A DNA stretch of 64,000 bases from Thainema sp. (GTDB taxonomy: Bacteria > Cyanobacteriota > Cyanobacteriia > Phormidesmidales > Phormidesmidaceae), in the NCBI GenBank assembly GCA_052168235.1, contig JBQLZK010000001.1:256001-320000 (forward strand), given 5' to 3'. Shown here piece by piece: positions 62,625 to 64,000 of the stretch. The position numbers and the translations under genes are program-made. The notes beneath the pieces are model-generated. The model made no database searches. It was not told where the DNA came from and worked only from the letters and a program-made list of their open reading frames with translations. Numbering within the stretch: the first letter of the stretch is position 1; every line of letters begins with the position of its first letter.

Positions 62625-62647
62625 ACGCAATTAACTAAACCAAAACG

Positions 62648-62692
62648 TCTAAATCCAAAATCCAAAGTCTAAAATCCAAAACCAAAACCAAA
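62648..62692. repeat. STRR-like heptamer repeats
   Basis: AAAATCC/AAAGTCT tandem 7-mers between convergent genes. Confidence 0.6.
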
Positions 62693-62781
62693 CAACCCAA
62701 TCATCCTTGTCAGCCGTGATACCACAACGGCTAGCACCGCTGACAAGGCTCCGGTTCCGCCCCCCTGATTTGTTAACCAAG

Positions 62782-63216
62782 TCAGGGGCTTTTTGGTCGG
62801 CGTTCGCTGCGGTAATTTTCTTTATCAATGGTGTAAGAGATTGGGGGTGAGTTTTTTGGGGGTTGATTAGTCGTCGATTGAATGCGGATTTGAGGGGCTG
62901 AGGTGGCGGCAATAGAATGGGATTCTGAGGTTGAAGAGTCTGGATGTGGAGCGGTTGGTTTGGCAGAGCCTTCAGAGGTTGGGGGAGCTGAGGAAGAAGC
63001 GGACGTTGAATCTTGGAACGGCAGACTGTTCTGTTTGGAATAGTTGGATGCGATCGCAAGTGCTACCCCAGCCAGGATGAACACAGGTAGCGGCAGTTCA
63101 GCCAGCTCAAAACCAGTCATATCAATACCAATCAGGTGAATCAGCCAGCGATAAAACTCGGTAGCTCCAAACAGCACCACGAAGCAAATAAGCCAAAAAA
63201 CAAGCATGAAGTCCAT
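62782..63216 (-). CDS. Hypothetical membrane protein
   Basis: Two N-terminal hydrophobic helices, LAIASNY, Ser/Pro-rich tail. Confidence 0.7.
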   Translation of the reverse strand: MDFMLVFWLICFVVLFGATEFYRWLIHLIGIDMTGFELAELPLPVFILAGVALAIASNYSKQNSLPFQDSTSASSSAPPTSEGSAKPTAPHPDSSTSESHSIAATSAPQIRIQSTTNQPPKNSPPISYTIDKENYRSERRPKSP

Positions 63217-63409
63217 AGGGTAATGGTATTCAAATGATGTTTCGTCAAGTGTGAGCTGAGCGCCCGCAACAAAACATCATTATCCTCTGAGGACTACCGT
63301 CTCAGTAGCTGAGCATACTAAATATAAAGCCTCAAACCCTGCACTGCCTGCTGCGCGGGCGGCGCAGGGTTTGAGATCAGTTTTTTAATTACTTACACCC
63401 AGGTACTTA

Positions 63410-63508
63410 GGAGCGTGAATTAAATAGCCTGTCAATCATTCCATCCGTAGGGACACGGCAATGCCGTGTCCCTACCCCAAAGATTTCACCTTATTTAATT
63501 CACGCTCC
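63410..63508. mobile_element. MITE-like element carrying a GTAG-type REP
   Basis: 17-bp perfect TIR GGAGCGTGAATTAAATA, TTA on both flanks, central GTAGGGACACGGCA-A-TGCCGTGTCCCTAC. Confidence 0.75.
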
Positions 63509-63524
63509 TTATCAGAAGGCAATT

Positions 63525-64000
63525 CTACAGTGCAAACCGCATCAGCAAACCTGCTAAGCCCTGAATCAGATTTGCAAAACTGCCGCGAGCGCGAGGAGGC
63601 TTGCTAGCCGCTTCTTCAATTGCATGCACTTCCTCAACAAACCGCTGCGCAGCGGCCTGACTCTGCAAATCTCCCTGCTGACCAAACAAATCTGCCGCTA
63701 AAGTTGAATCTGCGATCGCGCCTTCTGCATCGATCATCTTATAGCGTGCTACCGCCCGTGCTAGATAAGCTGGAGCAAATTCAGGCTGAAGCTGAATCGC
63801 TTGGCTAAAGTAATCCACCGCAACCGGATAGTTAGATTGCTGCCCTGCTTCAATCCCCCAGCGATAGTAGTCGTTAAAGCTAAAAACACCGTCTGGCAAA
63901 CCAATACTTTGCTGAATATAGGTGCTGCTGAGGTCAACCCCCTCCATATTGGCTCCATATAAATAAGCACGGCGCAAATCGGTGCCATTCAAAATAGCGC
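63525..64000 (-). CDS. Pentapeptide repeat plus TPR protein, 3' part (start outside window)
   Basis: TDLRRAYLYGANMEG pentapeptides, then TPR (YFSQAIQLQPEFAPAY). Confidence 0.82.
   Translation of the reverse strand, partial: AILNGTDLRRAYLYGANMEGVDLSSTYIQQSIGLPDGVFSFNDYYRWGIEAGQQSNYPVAVDYFSQAIQLQPEFAPAYLARAVARYKMIDAEGAIADSTLAADLFGQQGDLQSQAAAQRFVEEVHAIEEAASKPPRARGSFANLIQGLAGLLMRFAL

Overview
Chromosomal window from a cyanobacterium. The HIP1 octamer GCGATCGC is very frequent, and nblB, gghA, hpsA-D-like pilins, ccs1 and DUF928 are present; the gene content suggests a filamentous, possibly salt-adapted strain. The backbone is housekeeping: purC-omp85-lpxC-fabZ-lpxA, cbiD, guaA, rplU-rpmA, rpmB, purL-purF, a minor-pilin cluster, and a PAS/GAF hybrid kinase. 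The most notable structure is two integrase-less, integron-like gene-cassette arrays. Array 1 (~15.8-19.0 kb, + strand) holds an HNH/double PD-(D/E)xK nuclease cassette and two toxin-antitoxin cassettes separated by two 86-bp attC sites. It is headed by an unexplained 3 x 41-bp tandem of miniature CCTAA..TTAGG hairpins where attI would be expected. Array 2 (~53.8-54.85 kb, - strand) holds two small membrane-protein cassettes. A third accessory patch (Uma2, LRAT-like pseudogene, HigBA), several palindromic MITE/REP families, HIP1-centred terminators and two nonsense-interrupted accessory genes are also seen. All calls come from reading the sequence; no database searches were run.
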